Source: an uncultured Solirubrobacteraceae bacterium
GTDB lineage: Bacteria; Actinomycetota; Thermoleophilia; Solirubrobacterales; Solirubrobacteraceae
Assembly: GCA_964588985.1 (NCBI GenBank)
Contig: CAZPQW010000002.1
Coordinates: forward strand, 96,001 to 160,000
Reading direction: 5' to 3'
DNA length: 64,000 nt
Under the pieces are notes generated by a model, which saw only the letters and a program-made list of their open reading frames with translations, searched no databases and had not been told where the DNA came from. The translations under genes were made by a program, and so were the position numbers. Shown here in pieces: positions 51,105-60,952 of this stretch (position 1 is the stretch's first letter; each line of letters opens with the position of its first letter).

Positions 51105-52000
51105 GTGGCGATCGCCTCTCCTTGGGATTGAGTTTGATTTATTGAGCTCGGCCGCAAGGGTGTGTTGTCTATGAGCCGGACGGCGCCGACCCGGGCGGCG
51201 AGCACGAGCAGAGCGTCGGCCGCGATGGTGTGCTCGACGGGCTCGAACGTGTCGGGGTGAACGAGCGCGACGTACTCGACGTGGACGTCGAACGGTCGCA
51301 TCGCCTCGTGGGCGGCGTCGATGAGGGCGGTGGGGGAGCGCTCACCGGTGGCCAGAAGCTGGTGGGCGGCGTCGAGGGCGGCGGGCAGCGCGAGTGCTTG
51401 CCGGCGCTCGTCGGGGCTGAGCAGCGCGTTGCGGCTGGACATCGCGAGCCCGTCCGCCTCGCGCACGGTGGGGACGGCCTGGATCTCGATCGGGAGGTTG
51501 AGGTCGGCTGCGAGGCGGCGGATGACGACGAGTTGCTGGGCGTCCTTCTGGCCGAAGAAGGCGACGTGGGGGAGCGTCATGCAGAGCAGCTTGGTGACGA
51601 CGGTGGCGACGCCGCGGAAGTGGGCCGCGCCGCGCGAGGCGCCCTCGAGGCGCTCGGTGACGCCGAGGACTTCGACGGCGGTGGCGAACCCCTGGGGGTA
51701 GACCTCCTCGACGGACGGCGCAAACAGGACATCCGCTCCGGCGTCCGCGGCGAGCTGCGTGTCGTCGGTCTCGCGGCGTGGGTAGCGCTCCAGGTCGGAG
51801 CTCTCGTTGAACTGGGAGGGGTTGACGAACAGCGACACGACGACCACGTCGCACTGCTCGCGGGCTTGGCGGATGAGCGTGAGGTGCCCCTCGTGCAGCG
51901 CGCCCATGGTGGGCACGAGGCCGATCCGCAGCCCCTCGCGGCGTGCCGGCGCGAGCGTCGCGCGCAGCTCGTCGACAGTGCGCAGAGTCCTCATGCGCAT
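51092..52000 (-). CDS. panC: Pantoate--beta-alanine ligase
   Basis: [33 protein letters not shown]. Confidence 0.96.
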   Translation of the reverse strand: MRMRTLRTVDELRATLAPARREGLRIGLVPTMGALHEGHLTLIRQAREQCDVVVVSLFVNPSQFNESSDLERYPRRETDDTQLAADAGADVLFAPSVEEVYPQGFATAVEVLGVTERLEGASRGAAHFRGVATVVTKLLCMTLPHVAFFGQKDAQQLVVIRRLAADLNLPIEIQAVPTVREADGLAMSSRNALLSPDERRQALALPAALDAAHQLLATGERSPTALIDAAHEAMRPFDVHVEYVALVHPDTFEPVEHTIAADALLVLAARVGAVRLIDNTPLRPSSINQTQSQGEAIATCSA

Positions 52001-52026
52001 GGCGAGGTGGGGTGGTGGGGGATCAT

Positions 52027-52060
52027 CGGTTTCGGTCCAGTTCCCTGCGGATACCGGCGC
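52027..52060 (-). ncRNA. pan-motif-like bulged hairpin in the panCDB leader
   Basis: GCGCCGGUAUCC-loop-GGACCGAAACCG about 27 nt upstream of panC; resemblance to the pan RNA motif judged from memory. Confidence 0.45.
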
Positions 52061-52192
52061 GACTTCAGATTTGAGACGGGTCCTGCGTCAGGTCCACCCC
52101 GAGCGGACTCGGTGACGGCCCAACCTCATGAGCATACAGACGATTTTGGCGTCTGGGAAGGGGAGCGCGGGGGTGTGTCGGATCTCACATAG

Positions 52193-52339
52193 GGCCTCCG
52201 ATCCATAGCGGGCTCACTGCCGCCACGTGCGCTCGCTTTGGTCGCCGAGTGGGCGGCACTTCGGCGAGACGCGCTGGCGGTGAACTGGGAGCGCGCCCGA
52301 CGTGAAGAGCCGCTCGATCCGATCACCTCGCTGCCCTAA
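52193..52339 (+). pseudogene. DUF4160 protein C-terminal remnant
   Basis: Manual translation IAGSLPPRALALVAEWAALRRDALAVNWERARREEPLDPITSLP*; in-frame TAG at 52190 and no start codon. Confidence 0.75.
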
Positions 52340-52349
52340 CATGATTTCG

Positions 52350-52625
52350 ATGGGGCAGCTACACGACATTGCGGGTGTAGAGGTCAGCAGCGAGTACGGG
52401 CTGCGTCTGACCTTTGACGACGGCACGGTCGGCGAGGTGGACTTCGCGGGGCGCGAGTGGCGGGGAGTGTTCGAGCCGCTGGTAGATCCCAGCTATTTCG
52501 CTCGCGTGATGGTCGATCCCGAGGCGGGGACCATCACGTGGCCAAACGGCGCTGATATGGCTCCCGAGCCGCTCTACGCCGAGGCTTGTCGGAACCTGTC
52601 TCCGGCGACTGGCGCACGGCAATAG
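52350..52625 (+). CDS. DUF2442 domain protein
   Basis: YGLRLTFDDG...GVFEPL...TITWPNGADMAPEPLY. Confidence 0.88.
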   Translation: MGQLHDIAGVEVSSEYGLRLTFDDGTVGEVDFAGREWRGVFEPLVDPSYFARVMVDPEAGTITWPNGADMAPEPLYAEACRNLSPATGARQ

Positions 52626-52644
52626 AGGCCGCTTTTCCGCGCCG

Positions 52645-52905
52645 ATGACCAAGCTCCTGACGACCGTCGCAACCGCTGGAGAGGCGGAGATCGTGAGCGC
52701 GCTGTTGCAGGACGCTGGCATCCACTCAATAGCCCAACGGACGATCGGCGGCCCGCTTGAGGACGCACGGGCCGGTCGCGACATCTACGTCGACGAGCAC
52801 GATCTCGAGCGGGCACGTGGGCTCCTGCAGGCCCAAGAGAACCCCGTCAGCGACGAGGAACTGACGCGCTTGAGCGAACAGGCCTACCGCGAAGCAACCG
52901 AGTAG
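52645..52905 (+). CDS. DUF2007-like small protein
   Basis: EAEIVSALLQDAGI...IYVDEHDLERARGLL. Confidence 0.75.
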   Translation: MTKLLTTVATAGEAEIVSALLQDAGIHSIAQRTIGGPLEDARAGRDIYVDEHDLERARGLLQAQENPVSDEELTRLSEQAYREATE

Positions 52906-53119
52906 AGCGGCGCTTACCGCTCACCGAGCGTCCACGTTGGGCCGCTTCTTCCCCTTCCGCCGTCACCACCAGTCGGCGTTCTCGCTGAGGCCGTTGACCG
53001 AGTTTGCTGGGAAGCCGCTTTGAAAGGTACTTTTCGCCTCTTCGAGGGAAAAGAAAGAATACGCGCTTTTCTTTCCAAACTCGGTAAGGTTGGAAAGCGT
53101 TCTTTCTAAGCGCCCGCCC

Positions 53120-54268
53120 ATGGACCAAGACATCTTCAGTGACAAAGCCCCCGGCCGACTCGTTTCCCACGATGGTCACCTGGCCTATGTGCCGGCGCCT
53201 CTGCCACCAACGCTCGACTTCACCCCAGAGTTGGTTGCGCACGTCAGCCGGGCCGCTAACAGCGTTGGCCTACTCGCTGGCACGGGGCGCAACCTCACGA
53301 ATCCGGCTCTCCTGATCTCGCCATACCTGCGTCGTGAGGCGGTTCTCAGCTCGCGGATCGAGGGAACGATGAGCACACTCGCGGACCTCTACGAGGACGA
53401 GGCGACTGGCAACGCCAAGGGCGATGTGCTCGAGGTGCGCAACTACCTGATGGCGCATGAAATGGGGCTCATGGCCTTGAAGGACCTGCCGCTCTGCCTG
53501 CGACTGCTGCGGAAAGTCCACAAGCACCTGATGCAGGGCGTCCGCGGTCATGAGCGCCATCCGGGGAGCTTCCGCTCCTATCAGAACTGGATCGGCGGCA
53601 CGCCAGGAGCCCCGATCGAGGAGGCGACGTATGTCCCTCCCCCCGTTACCGAGATGGAGGCTGCGCTCAGGGACTTCGAGGTCTTTCTGCACGACGAGAC
53701 GTTTCCCCCGTTGATAGTCGCCGCGCTCGCCCACTATCAATTCGAGGCGATCCACCCGTTCGGCGATGGCAACGGTCGTGTCGGCCGCCTACTGATCTCT
53801 CTGCTCCTGCATGAGCGCGGCCTGCTTCCACAACCCCTGCTCTACATCTCAGCCTACTTCGAGCGAAGCGGAGCTGAGTATTACGATCGGCTGCTCCGCG
53901 TCAGCACGCAGGGCGACTGGCTCGGCTGGCTCATCTACTTCTTGACCGGGGTCGAGGTCCAGGCCCAGGCCGCCGTGGATGACGCCGAGCGACTGCTCAA
54001 CCTCCAATCTCGCTATCACGACCTCCTGTCGGCGGCGCGAGCCCGGCAAACGGCGCACCAGCTTGTCGACCAGCTCTTCATCAATCCCTACGTCGTCGCT
54101 CCACGCGCGGCAGAGGCTCTCGGCGTCTCTGCTCCCACTGCTCGCGCAGCGATCCGGGACCTAGAAGCGCAGGGCATGCTGCGGGAGCTAACGGGCCGGA
54201 AATGGGGACAGTTGTTTCTGGCCGAAGAGGTGCTCGAGGCTGTGCGCGGCGGCACCGAAACCGACTAA
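53120..54268 (+). CDS. Fic family protein with N-terminal inhibitory motif and C-terminal HTH
   Basis: [10 protein letters not shown]; [12 protein letters not shown]; [16 protein letters not shown]. Confidence 0.93.
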   Translation: MDQDIFSDKAPGRLVSHDGHLAYVPAPLPPTLDFTPELVAHVSRAANSVGLLAGTGRNLTNPALLISPYLRREAVLSSRIEGTMSTLADLYEDEATGNAKGDVLEVRNYLMAHEMGLMALKDLPLCLRLLRKVHKHLMQGVRGHERHPGSFRSYQNWIGGTPGAPIEEATYVPPPVTEMEAALRDFEVFLHDETFPPLIVAALAHYQFEAIHPFGDGNGRVGRLLISLLLHERGLLPQPLLYISAYFERSGAEYYDRLLRVSTQGDWLGWLIYFLTGVEVQAQAAVDDAERLLNLQSRYHDLLSAARARQTAHQLVDQLFINPYVVAPRAAEALGVSAPTARAAIRDLEAQGMLRELTGRKWGQLFLAEEVLEAVRGGTETD

Positions 54269-54310
54269 ACAGCGGGTTTGAGCACTCGATCGGACCGCAT
54301 CGTCGGCCGC

Positions 54311-56128
54311 TCACCAAGCGTCGACGTTAGGCCGCTTCTTCCCCTCACGCCGCCACCACCCGTCGGCGTTATCGTCGAACAACGTGGCGATCCAGCGGCG
54401 CGAGTCGGCGGGGTCGATCACGTCGTCGATCTCGCCGTAGGCGGCCATGTTGACGCCGCGCCCGCGCTCATACGCCGCCGCGACGGTGGCCTGGAACACC
54501 CGCTCGCGCTCCTCCTCGTCCTCGATCGCCTCCAGCTCGCGCCTCATCCCGAGTCGCACCGCGCCCTCCAACCCCATACCGCCGAACTCCGAGGTGGGCC
54601 AGGCGACGGTGAACATCGGCGACTTGAAGCCGCCCGCCGCCATCGCCTGGGCGCCCAGCCCGTAGCCCTTGCGCAGCACGATCGTGCCCGTCGGCACGGT
54701 GAGGCTCGCGCCGCCGAGGAACATCCGCGCGAAGTGGCGCACCGTCGCGGTGCGCTCTGCCGCCGGTCCGACCATGAACCCCGGCGTGTCGCACAGGAAC
54801 AGCACGGGCAGCTCGAACGCGTCGCACAGCTGCATGAAGCGCGCGGCCTTGTCCGCCGCATCCGCGTCGATCGCCCCGCCGAGGTGTGTGGGGTCGTTCG
54901 CGACCACGCCGAGCGGGCGGCCGTCGACGCGCGCGAGTGCGGTGACCATGCCCGCGCCGAAGCCGTCGCGCAGCTCCAGCACCGAGCCCTCGTCGAACAG
55001 GGTGCGCACGACCGTGCGCACCTGATAGGCGCGCTTGCGCTGCTCGGGGATCAGCTCGCGCAGCTGGCGCTGGTCCGGAATGGCGCCCGGCTCGCTGGCG
55101 CCGCTGAAGTAGGACAGATAGCGCTTGGCGGCGGCGACCGCGTGTCGTTCGTCGGCCACGCGCAGATCGACGACGCCGTTTGCGTGCTGCACGTCGATCG
55201 GGCCGACCTCAGAGGGGTGGTGCACGCCCAGCCCGCCGCCCTCGATCATCGCCGGGCCGCCCATGCCGATGCTCGAGTCCTCCGTGGCGATCACCACGTC
55301 GCAGCAGCCGAGCAGCGCGGCGTTGCCCGCGAAGCAGTAGCCCGATGCGATCCCCACCAGCGGCACGAGCCCGCTCAGCGACGCGAACAGTGCGAATGCA
55401 CGGCAGTCCAGGCCCGCGACGATCGGCATGTCAACGTCCCCCGGGCGTCCACCGCCGCCCTCGGCGAACAGCACCACCGGCAGTTTGCGCCGCTCGGCGA
55501 TCTCGAACAGGCGGTCCTTCTTGAGGTGGTTGCGCATGCCCTGCGTGCCCGCGAGCACCGTGTAGTCGTAGGACATCACCACGCACGGCCTGCCTTCCAC
55601 CTCGCCGATCCCGCCGACCAGCCCGTCGGCGGGGGTGCGCGCGATCAGCTCCTCGCGCGAGCGTCGCATCTCCTGCGCGGCGAACAGCAGCGGCCCGTAC
55701 TCCACGAACGTGCCCTCGTCCACGAGGTCCGCGAGGTTCTCGCGCGCTGTGCGTCTGCCCGCGTCGTGGCGGCGCGCCACCGCCTCGCCGCGCGCCGCGT
55801 CGAGGCCGATCTCATGGCGCTCGCGCACCGCCGCCAGATCCGCGCGCTTGCCGCTCGCCGCGGCCTGCGTGGGCTCGACAGTGCCTGCTCCGCTCCCGCC
55901 GGGCTCCAAAACGAGCAGCAACTGATCCTCCTCGACGCTCTCGCCGACCTCCACGGCAACCTGCACCACGATCCCGTCGATCTCCGCGAGCACCTCGTGC
56001 TCCATCTTCATCGCCTCCAGCACCACCACCGCGGTGCCCGCGCCGACGTGCCTGTCGGCTGCGTGGGGGAGCGCGACCACCACCCCCGCGAAGGGGGCGG
56101 TCACCGAGACCGTCGCGGTCGAGGCCAT
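54311..56128 (-). CDS. Biotin carrier + carboxyltransferase fusion (acyl-CoA carboxylase)
   Basis: EAMKME; YDYTVLAGTQG, EGGGGRPGD, DTPGFMVG. Alternative start 56146. Confidence 0.92.
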   Translation of the reverse strand: MASTATVSVTAPFAGVVVALPHAADRHVGAGTAVVVLEAMKMEHEVLAEIDGIVVQVAVEVGESVEEDQLLLVLEPGGSGAGTVEPTQAAASGKRADLAAVRERHEIGLDAARGEAVARRHDAGRRTARENLADLVDEGTFVEYGPLLFAAQEMRRSREELIARTPADGLVGGIGEVEGRPCVVMSYDYTVLAGTQGMRNHLKKDRLFEIAERRKLPVVLFAEGGGGRPGDVDMPIVAGLDCRAFALFASLSGLVPLVGIASGYCFAGNAALLGCCDVVIATEDSSIGMGGPAMIEGGGLGVHHPSEVGPIDVQHANGVVDLRVADERHAVAAAKRYLSYFSGASEPGAIPDQRQLRELIPEQRKRAYQVRTVVRTLFDEGSVLELRDGFGAGMVTALARVDGRPLGVVANDPTHLGGAIDADAADKAARFMQLCDAFELPVLFLCDTPGFMVGPAAERTATVRHFARMFLGGASLTVPTGTIVLRKGYGLGAQAMAAGGFKSPMFTVAWPTSEFGGMGLEGAVRLGMRRELEAIEDEEERERVFQATVAAAYERGRGVNMAAYGEIDDVIDPADSRRWIATLFDDNADGWWRREGKKRPNVDAW

Positions 56129-56224
56129 CGTCAGATCATCGCTCACGCGCAGCGCCGTGGTCGGGCGGCTGCCGCGTGGCTTCGATCAAGCGCCGCGGCA
56201 CGGGCAGGAACTAGCATGCGGGCC

Positions 56225-56944
56225 GTGGCAGCCGAGACCAGCGAGCAGTCGGCCTCCGCCCGGCGAGAGGCCCTCAAGGAGGTCTTCGCGCAGGCGCGCA
56301 ACTGCACCCGCTGCGCCGAGCTGGCCGCCACGCGCACGAACGTCGTCTTCGGGGCGGGCAACGCCGACGCGGAGCTGATGTTCATCGGCGAGGCGCCCGG
56401 AGCCAGCGAGGACGAGCAGGGGGTTCCCTTCGTCGGACGCGCGGGCAAACTGCTCGAGAAGCTGCTCGAAGAGATCGACATCGAGCGCAAGGACGTGTTC
56501 ATCGCCAACACGCTCAAGTGCAGGCCCCCCGGCAACCGCGACCCGCTCCCGGTCGAGCTGGACAACTGCCACGAGTACCTGCTGCGCCAGGTCGAGCTGA
56601 TCCAGCCGACGGTGATCTGCACGCTCGGCAACTTCTCCACCAAGCTCCTGCGCGGTGACCCCACCGGAATCACGCGCCTGCACGGTCAACCGGAGGTGCT
56701 GGTCCTAGGCAGGCGCGCAGTGCGCCTCTATCCGATCTACCACCCCGCGGCTGCTCTCTACACGCCGAGCATGCTCGAGACGCTGCGCGAGGACTTCGCC
56801 CGCCTGCCCGGGTTGCTCGCAGAGGGCGCACCCGAGCAGCCGCAGGAGATCCCCGAGCCGGCCGCGGCCGAACCGGCGCCGACAGCTGAGATCGAGAGCG
56901 CGCTGACGGCGGAGTCCGAGGCGGACCAGCTCGGGCTTTTCTGA
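56225..56944 (+). CDS. Family 4 uracil-DNA glycosylase
   Basis: [27 protein letters not shown]; GTG lies 7 nt after TAGCAT. Confidence 0.93.
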   Translation: MAAETSEQSASARREALKEVFAQARNCTRCAELAATRTNVVFGAGNADAELMFIGEAPGASEDEQGVPFVGRAGKLLEKLLEEIDIERKDVFIANTLKCRPPGNRDPLPVELDNCHEYLLRQVELIQPTVICTLGNFSTKLLRGDPTGITRLHGQPEVLVLGRRAVRLYPIYHPAAALYTPSMLETLREDFARLPGLLAEGAPEQPQEIPEPAAAEPAPTAEIESALTAESEADQLGLF

Positions 56945-57037
56945 AGCGTCCAGCGGCCGTCCAACGCGTGTCCAGCGCAAATTTCCCTGCAAAGGAGGGG
57001 TTTTCGCTTGGAGGACGAAAAGAACTTCGCTGGGTCC

Positions 57038-57065
57038 TAAAGTCAGGCATGGACGCTGCCGATAC
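57038..57065 (+). promoter_or_regulatory. Sigma-28 (FliA/WhiG)-type promoter
   Basis: TAAA-N16-GCCGATAC. Confidence 0.7.
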
Positions 57066-57068
57066 AGA

Positions 57069-57135
57069 TCCTGTCTCCATCCCTCCAGGAGTAACGACCG
57101 GCCCGCGCACCATTCTCCCGCGGGTCGGTCTCTTT
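57069..57135 (+). ncRNA. Candidate small RNA with two CU-rich-loop hairpins, the second an intrinsic terminator
   Basis: TCCTG-TCTCCATCCCTC-CAGGA, then GACCGGCCCGCG-CACCATTCTCC-CGCGGGTCGGTC-TCTTT. Confidence 0.6.
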
Positions 57136-57156
57136 AACGGCCAGTACAGTCTCGGC

Positions 57157-57606
57157 GTGGCCGCGCGAAGCATCGACACCACCGGTCCCGCGGAGACCGA
57201 AGCGATCGGTGCGGAGCTCGCCGACGGGCTGGCCGACGGGGACATCGTGCTCATCCGAGGGGAGCTCGGGGCGGGCAAGACCACGCTCGTGCGCGGCGCC
57301 GCTCGCGCTCTCGGGGTCAGCGACCCCGTCACCAGCCCCACGTTCTCCATCGGGCATCGCTACCGCGGGCGCGACGTGATCGTCTCGCACCTAGACCTCT
57401 ACCGGCTGGCGGGCCTCGAACAGGAGGACCCCGAACTGCTCGCCGACTATCTCGGTCCCGGGCGGATCGCGTTCGTGGAGTGGCCCGAGGACGGCGGGCG
57501 CGAGCTCGCCGGCGCGCGCGTGCGCATCAGCTTGAGCCACGGCGGGGGCGATCGCCGGCACATCGAGATCGACGGCGCATGCGCCCAGGAGGGCGAGCGA
57601 CCGTGA
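57157..57606 (+). CDS. tsaE: tRNA threonylcarbamoyladenosine biosynthesis ATPase
   Basis: GELGAGKTT, VTSPTF, HLDLYRL, VEWP. Confidence 0.95.
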   Translation: MAARSIDTTGPAETEAIGAELADGLADGDIVLIRGELGAGKTTLVRGAARALGVSDPVTSPTFSIGHRYRGRDVIVSHLDLYRLAGLEQEDPELLADYLGPGRIAFVEWPEDGGRELAGARVRISLSHGGGDRRHIEIDGACAQEGERP

Positions 57607-58370
57607 AAGTGCTCGGTCTCGACACTGCGACCGCGGCGACCGCGGTGGCGTTGCGCCTCGCGGACGGCACCACCACGCAGGCCCGCGACGATCCACGCCC
57701 CGGAGAGCATCCCGGGCACGCGACCAGGCTGCTGGAGATGGCCGGCGAGCTGCTCGTGGAGGCGGGCGTGGGCTGGCGCGAGATCGACCGGATCGCCGTG
57801 GGCGTCGGTCCGGGCGGGTTCACCGGGCTGCGTGTGGGGATCGCCACCGCTCGCGGACTCGCGCAGTCGCTGTCGGCGGAGCTCGTCGGGGTCTCGAGCA
57901 TGCGGGCGCTCGCCCACGCCGCGCTGGCCGGTGAAGAGGACGGGGGCGCAGACTCGATTCTCGCGGTGATCGACGCGCGCAGGGGAGAGGTGTTCGCGGC
58001 CGCTTACGAGGGACCGGCCGGCCGCTCCTCCGAAGTCGGGGCGGCGATCGAGCTGATCGCGCCAAGCGCGCTCGCGCCGGATGACCTGTCGAGCGTGATC
58101 GCGCGGTCCCAGCAGGGGGATGGGGATCGCGTACGCCGGTGGCTCGCGGTTGGAGACGGGGCGCTGCGCTACCCCGACGCGGTTCGCACGACCGGGGTGC
58201 GGGCGGCCGCCACCGATTCGCCGTTGCACCTGGTGAGCGCCGCCGCGATCTGCGAGCTCGGCGTCCATACGAAGCCGGCGACCTCCTGGGAGGAGATCGT
58301 TCCCGACTACCGGCGTCGCCCGGATGCGGAGCTAGCCTTGGAGGCAGCAGGGGCACGGAGGGCCCTTTGA
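57603..58370 (+). CDS. tsaB: t6A biosynthesis protein
   Basis: LGLDTAT, GVGPGGFTGLRVG, IDARRGEV. Confidence 0.93.
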   Translation: MKVLGLDTATAATAVALRLADGTTTQARDDPRPGEHPGHATRLLEMAGELLVEAGVGWREIDRIAVGVGPGGFTGLRVGIATARGLAQSLSAELVGVSSMRALAHAALAGEEDGGADSILAVIDARRGEVFAAAYEGPAGRSSEVGAAIELIAPSALAPDDLSSVIARSQQGDGDRVRRWLAVGDGALRYPDAVRTTGVRAAATDSPLHLVSAAAICELGVHTKPATSWEEIVPDYRRRPDAELALEAAGARRAL

Positions 58371-58372
58371 CC

Positions 58373-58909
58373 ATGAACGAGCGATTCGCCGCCCAGCATC
58401 CGGTCGATCACGAGCCGTCGGTTGAGATCCGGCGGCTCAGCTATCCCGACCTGCCACAGGTGATCGCGATCGAGCGTCGCGTGTTCCCGACGCCGTGGTC
58501 GCTCGCGATGTTCGTGCTCGAGCTCTCCAAGCCCTCGGGAGTGTGCCTCGCGGCGGTTGGCGAGCGGGGACTCGTGGGGTATCTGATCTGCTCGCGCTAC
58601 GACACCGTCTGGCATGTGATGAACGTGGCCGTGGACATCGAGCATCAGCACATGGGTCTCGCGTCGGCGATGCTCGCGGAGCTGTACGAGCGGGTCGAGG
58701 ACGACCTCGCGCGCTTCACGCTCGAGGTGCGCCCGTCGAACACCGTCGCGATCCACCTGTACGAGCGCGAGGGGTTTCGCGCGGCGGGGATGCGCCGGCG
58801 CTACTACCAGGACAACGGCGAGGACGCCCTCGTGATGTGGCGCACGCCCGCCACGCTCGCGGGGTCCCTCGAGGACGTGCCAAACCCCGGGCCGGTGGGA
58901 CCCATTTGA
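58373..58909 (+). CDS. rimI: Ribosomal protein S18 alanine N-acetyltransferase
   Basis: PWS, NVAV, TLEVRPSN..AIHLY...GF...RRYY...EDALVM. Confidence 0.93.
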   Translation: MNERFAAQHPVDHEPSVEIRRLSYPDLPQVIAIERRVFPTPWSLAMFVLELSKPSGVCLAAVGERGLVGYLICSRYDTVWHVMNVAVDIEHQHMGLASAMLAELYERVEDDLARFTLEVRPSNTVAIHLYEREGFRAAGMRRRYYQDNGEDALVMWRTPATLAGSLEDVPNPGPVGPI

Positions 58910-59970
58910 CGATCCTCGCGCTCGAGAGCAGCTGCGACGACACGTGCGCCGCGGTGATCGACATGGACGGGCTGATGCGCTCGAACGTGATCTCCTCCCA
59001 GCACGTGCACGATCGCTTCGGCGGCGTCGTGCCGGAGATCGCCTCGCGCCATCACCTCGAGATCGTGGGCGCGGTCGTCGCCCAGGCGTTGAGTGAGGCC
59101 GACGCGACCCTCGACGACGTGGAGCTGGTGGCGGCGACACAGGGGCCGGGGCTGGTGGGCGCGTTGCTGGTGGGGCTCTCCACGGCGAAGGCGATCGCCG
59201 CCGCGCGTGAGCTGCCGTTCGCGGCGGTCGACCATCTGCAGGGGCACGTGGCCGCGAACTTCCTGCGCGGGACCCAGCCTGCGGATGGCGCCGTCGCCGA
59301 AGACGGCCCGTTCGAGCCGCCGTTCCTGTGCCTGATCGCCAGCGGCGGGCACACGCTGCTCGCGCACGTGACCGAGCACGACGGCTTCGAGGTGCTCGGC
59401 CGCACCCTCGACGACGCCGCGGGGGAGGCCTTCGACAAGGGCGCGCGGATGCTCGGGCTGGGCTTCCCGGGAGGGGCGGCGCTTGAACGGCTCGCCGCCG
59501 ACGGCGATCCGCGGGCGTTCCACTTCCCGGGCGCGCGCGGCGAACGCTCCCAGGGCGCACGTGGGGCGGGCCGCAAGGCGTTCGCCCAGGGCCTGGACTT
59601 CTCCTTCGCGGGCGTCAAGACCGCGCTGCTCTACGCGTTGCGCGACCTGTCGGAGGCCGAGGCGAAGGACCGTGCGGCGGATCTCGCCGCCTCCTACCAG
59701 CACGCGATCGTGGACAGCCTGATCGCGCGCACCGAACGCGCGCTCGAGCGCACCGGCATCGATCGGCTGGCCGTTGGCGGCGGCGTGGCCGCGAACGGCG
59801 AGCTGCGCAGACGCCTGCACCAGCTCGGGGTGAGCCTGCACGTGCCGACTCGTGCGCTGTGCACCGACAACGCCGCGATGATCGCGAGCGCGGCGCGCTA
59901 CGTCGAGCGGCTGCCCTACCCGCGGTACCTGACGCTCGACGCCTACGCGACCGGGGAGCGGCCGCGGTGA
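58906..59970 (+). CDS. tsaD: tRNA N6-threonylcarbamoyltransferase
   Basis: LESSCDDT, GGVVPEIASRHH, DDAAGEAFDK, CTDNAAMI. Confidence 0.96.
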   Translation: MTILALESSCDDTCAAVIDMDGLMRSNVISSQHVHDRFGGVVPEIASRHHLEIVGAVVAQALSEADATLDDVELVAATQGPGLVGALLVGLSTAKAIAAARELPFAAVDHLQGHVAANFLRGTQPADGAVAEDGPFEPPFLCLIASGGHTLLAHVTEHDGFEVLGRTLDDAAGEAFDKGARMLGLGFPGGAALERLAADGDPRAFHFPGARGERSQGARGAGRKAFAQGLDFSFAGVKTALLYALRDLSEAEAKDRAADLAASYQHAIVDSLIARTERALERTGIDRLAVGGGVAANGELRRRLHQLGVSLHVPTRALCTDNAAMIASAARYVERLPYPRYLTLDAYATGERPR

Positions 59971-60209
59971 GGACGCTCACGGTGTACTCCAAGCCCGACT
60001 GCCACCTGTGCGAGGACGCGATCGCGGTGCTGGAAGGCCTGCGCTCGCAGCTCGACTTCGAGCTGGTCGAGCTCGACATCACCGCTGACGATGCGCTCCA
60101 TCGCGCGTATTTCGAGCGGATTCCGGTGCTCGAGCTCGACGGTGAGGAGCTGTGCGAGTTCTTCGTCGATGAGGCCCTCGTGCGCGAGCGTCTAGAGTCA
60201 CGACGATGA
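59967..60209 (+). CDS. Glutaredoxin-like (DUF836-type) protein
   Basis: YSKPDCHLCE...RIPVL. Confidence 0.88.
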   Translation: MRTLTVYSKPDCHLCEDAIAVLEGLRSQLDFELVELDITADDALHRAYFERIPVLELDGEELCEFFVDEALVRERLESRR

Positions 60210-60886
60210 GCTACGGAGAACCGACCGCAGGCGCCCTGGAGGCCGAGCGCGACGCGCCGAGCGTTCTCGGCGAGCGCCTGTCACTCGGTGTGGCCGCGCG
60301 CCTGTCGCGCTACCTGCAGGTGCTCACGCAGGCTAAGAAGATGGGCAAGGAGACGATCTCCTCGCAGGAGCTCTCCGACTACACGCACGTCAACTCCACG
60401 CAGATCCGCCGTGACCTTTCCGGCTTCGGGAAGTTCGGCAAGCGCGGCGTCGGCTACAACGTCGAGGCGCTCGTATCCCAGATCCGCAAGATCCTGCGCA
60501 CCGCCGGCCAGCACAACATCGCGCTGATCGGCGCGGGGCACCTCGGCAAGGCGATCGCCTCCTCAGAAATCTTCGCCGACCACGGTTTTCGGGTGGTCGC
60601 GATCTTCGACAACGACGACCCCAAGGTCGGCACGCAGGTCGGCAGCCAGACGGTGCGCCACATCGACGAACTGCGCCAGGTGGTGGAGGACGAGGACATC
60701 GTGGTGGGCGTGCTGGCGGTGCCCAACCACGCCGCCCAGGGGCTCGCCGACGAGCTCGTCGCGGCGGGCGTGAAGATCATCTTCAACTACTCCGAGATGC
60801 TGCTTGACGTGCCGCCCGAGGTGACCGTCCACACCTCCAGTCCGGCGGTCGATCTGCTCTACGCGCTGTACTTCTATCTGACCTGA
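60206..60886 (+). CDS. rex: Redox-sensing transcriptional repressor
   Basis: RLSRY, ISSQEL, QIRRDLS.FG.FG.RGVGY, GAGHLG. Confidence 0.95.
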   Translation: MSYGEPTAGALEAERDAPSVLGERLSLGVAARLSRYLQVLTQAKKMGKETISSQELSDYTHVNSTQIRRDLSGFGKFGKRGVGYNVEALVSQIRKILRTAGQHNIALIGAGHLGKAIASSEIFADHGFRVVAIFDNDDPKVGTQVGSQTVRHIDELRQVVEDEDIVVGVLAVPNHAAQGLADELVAAGVKIIFNYSEMLLDVPPEVTVHTSSPAVDLLYALYFYLT

Positions 60887-60952
60887 TGTCCCCCGCACGC
60901 CCGAGCGTGCGCCACACTTGGACACCCACAGATTCTTCGCCCGTAGACCGAA

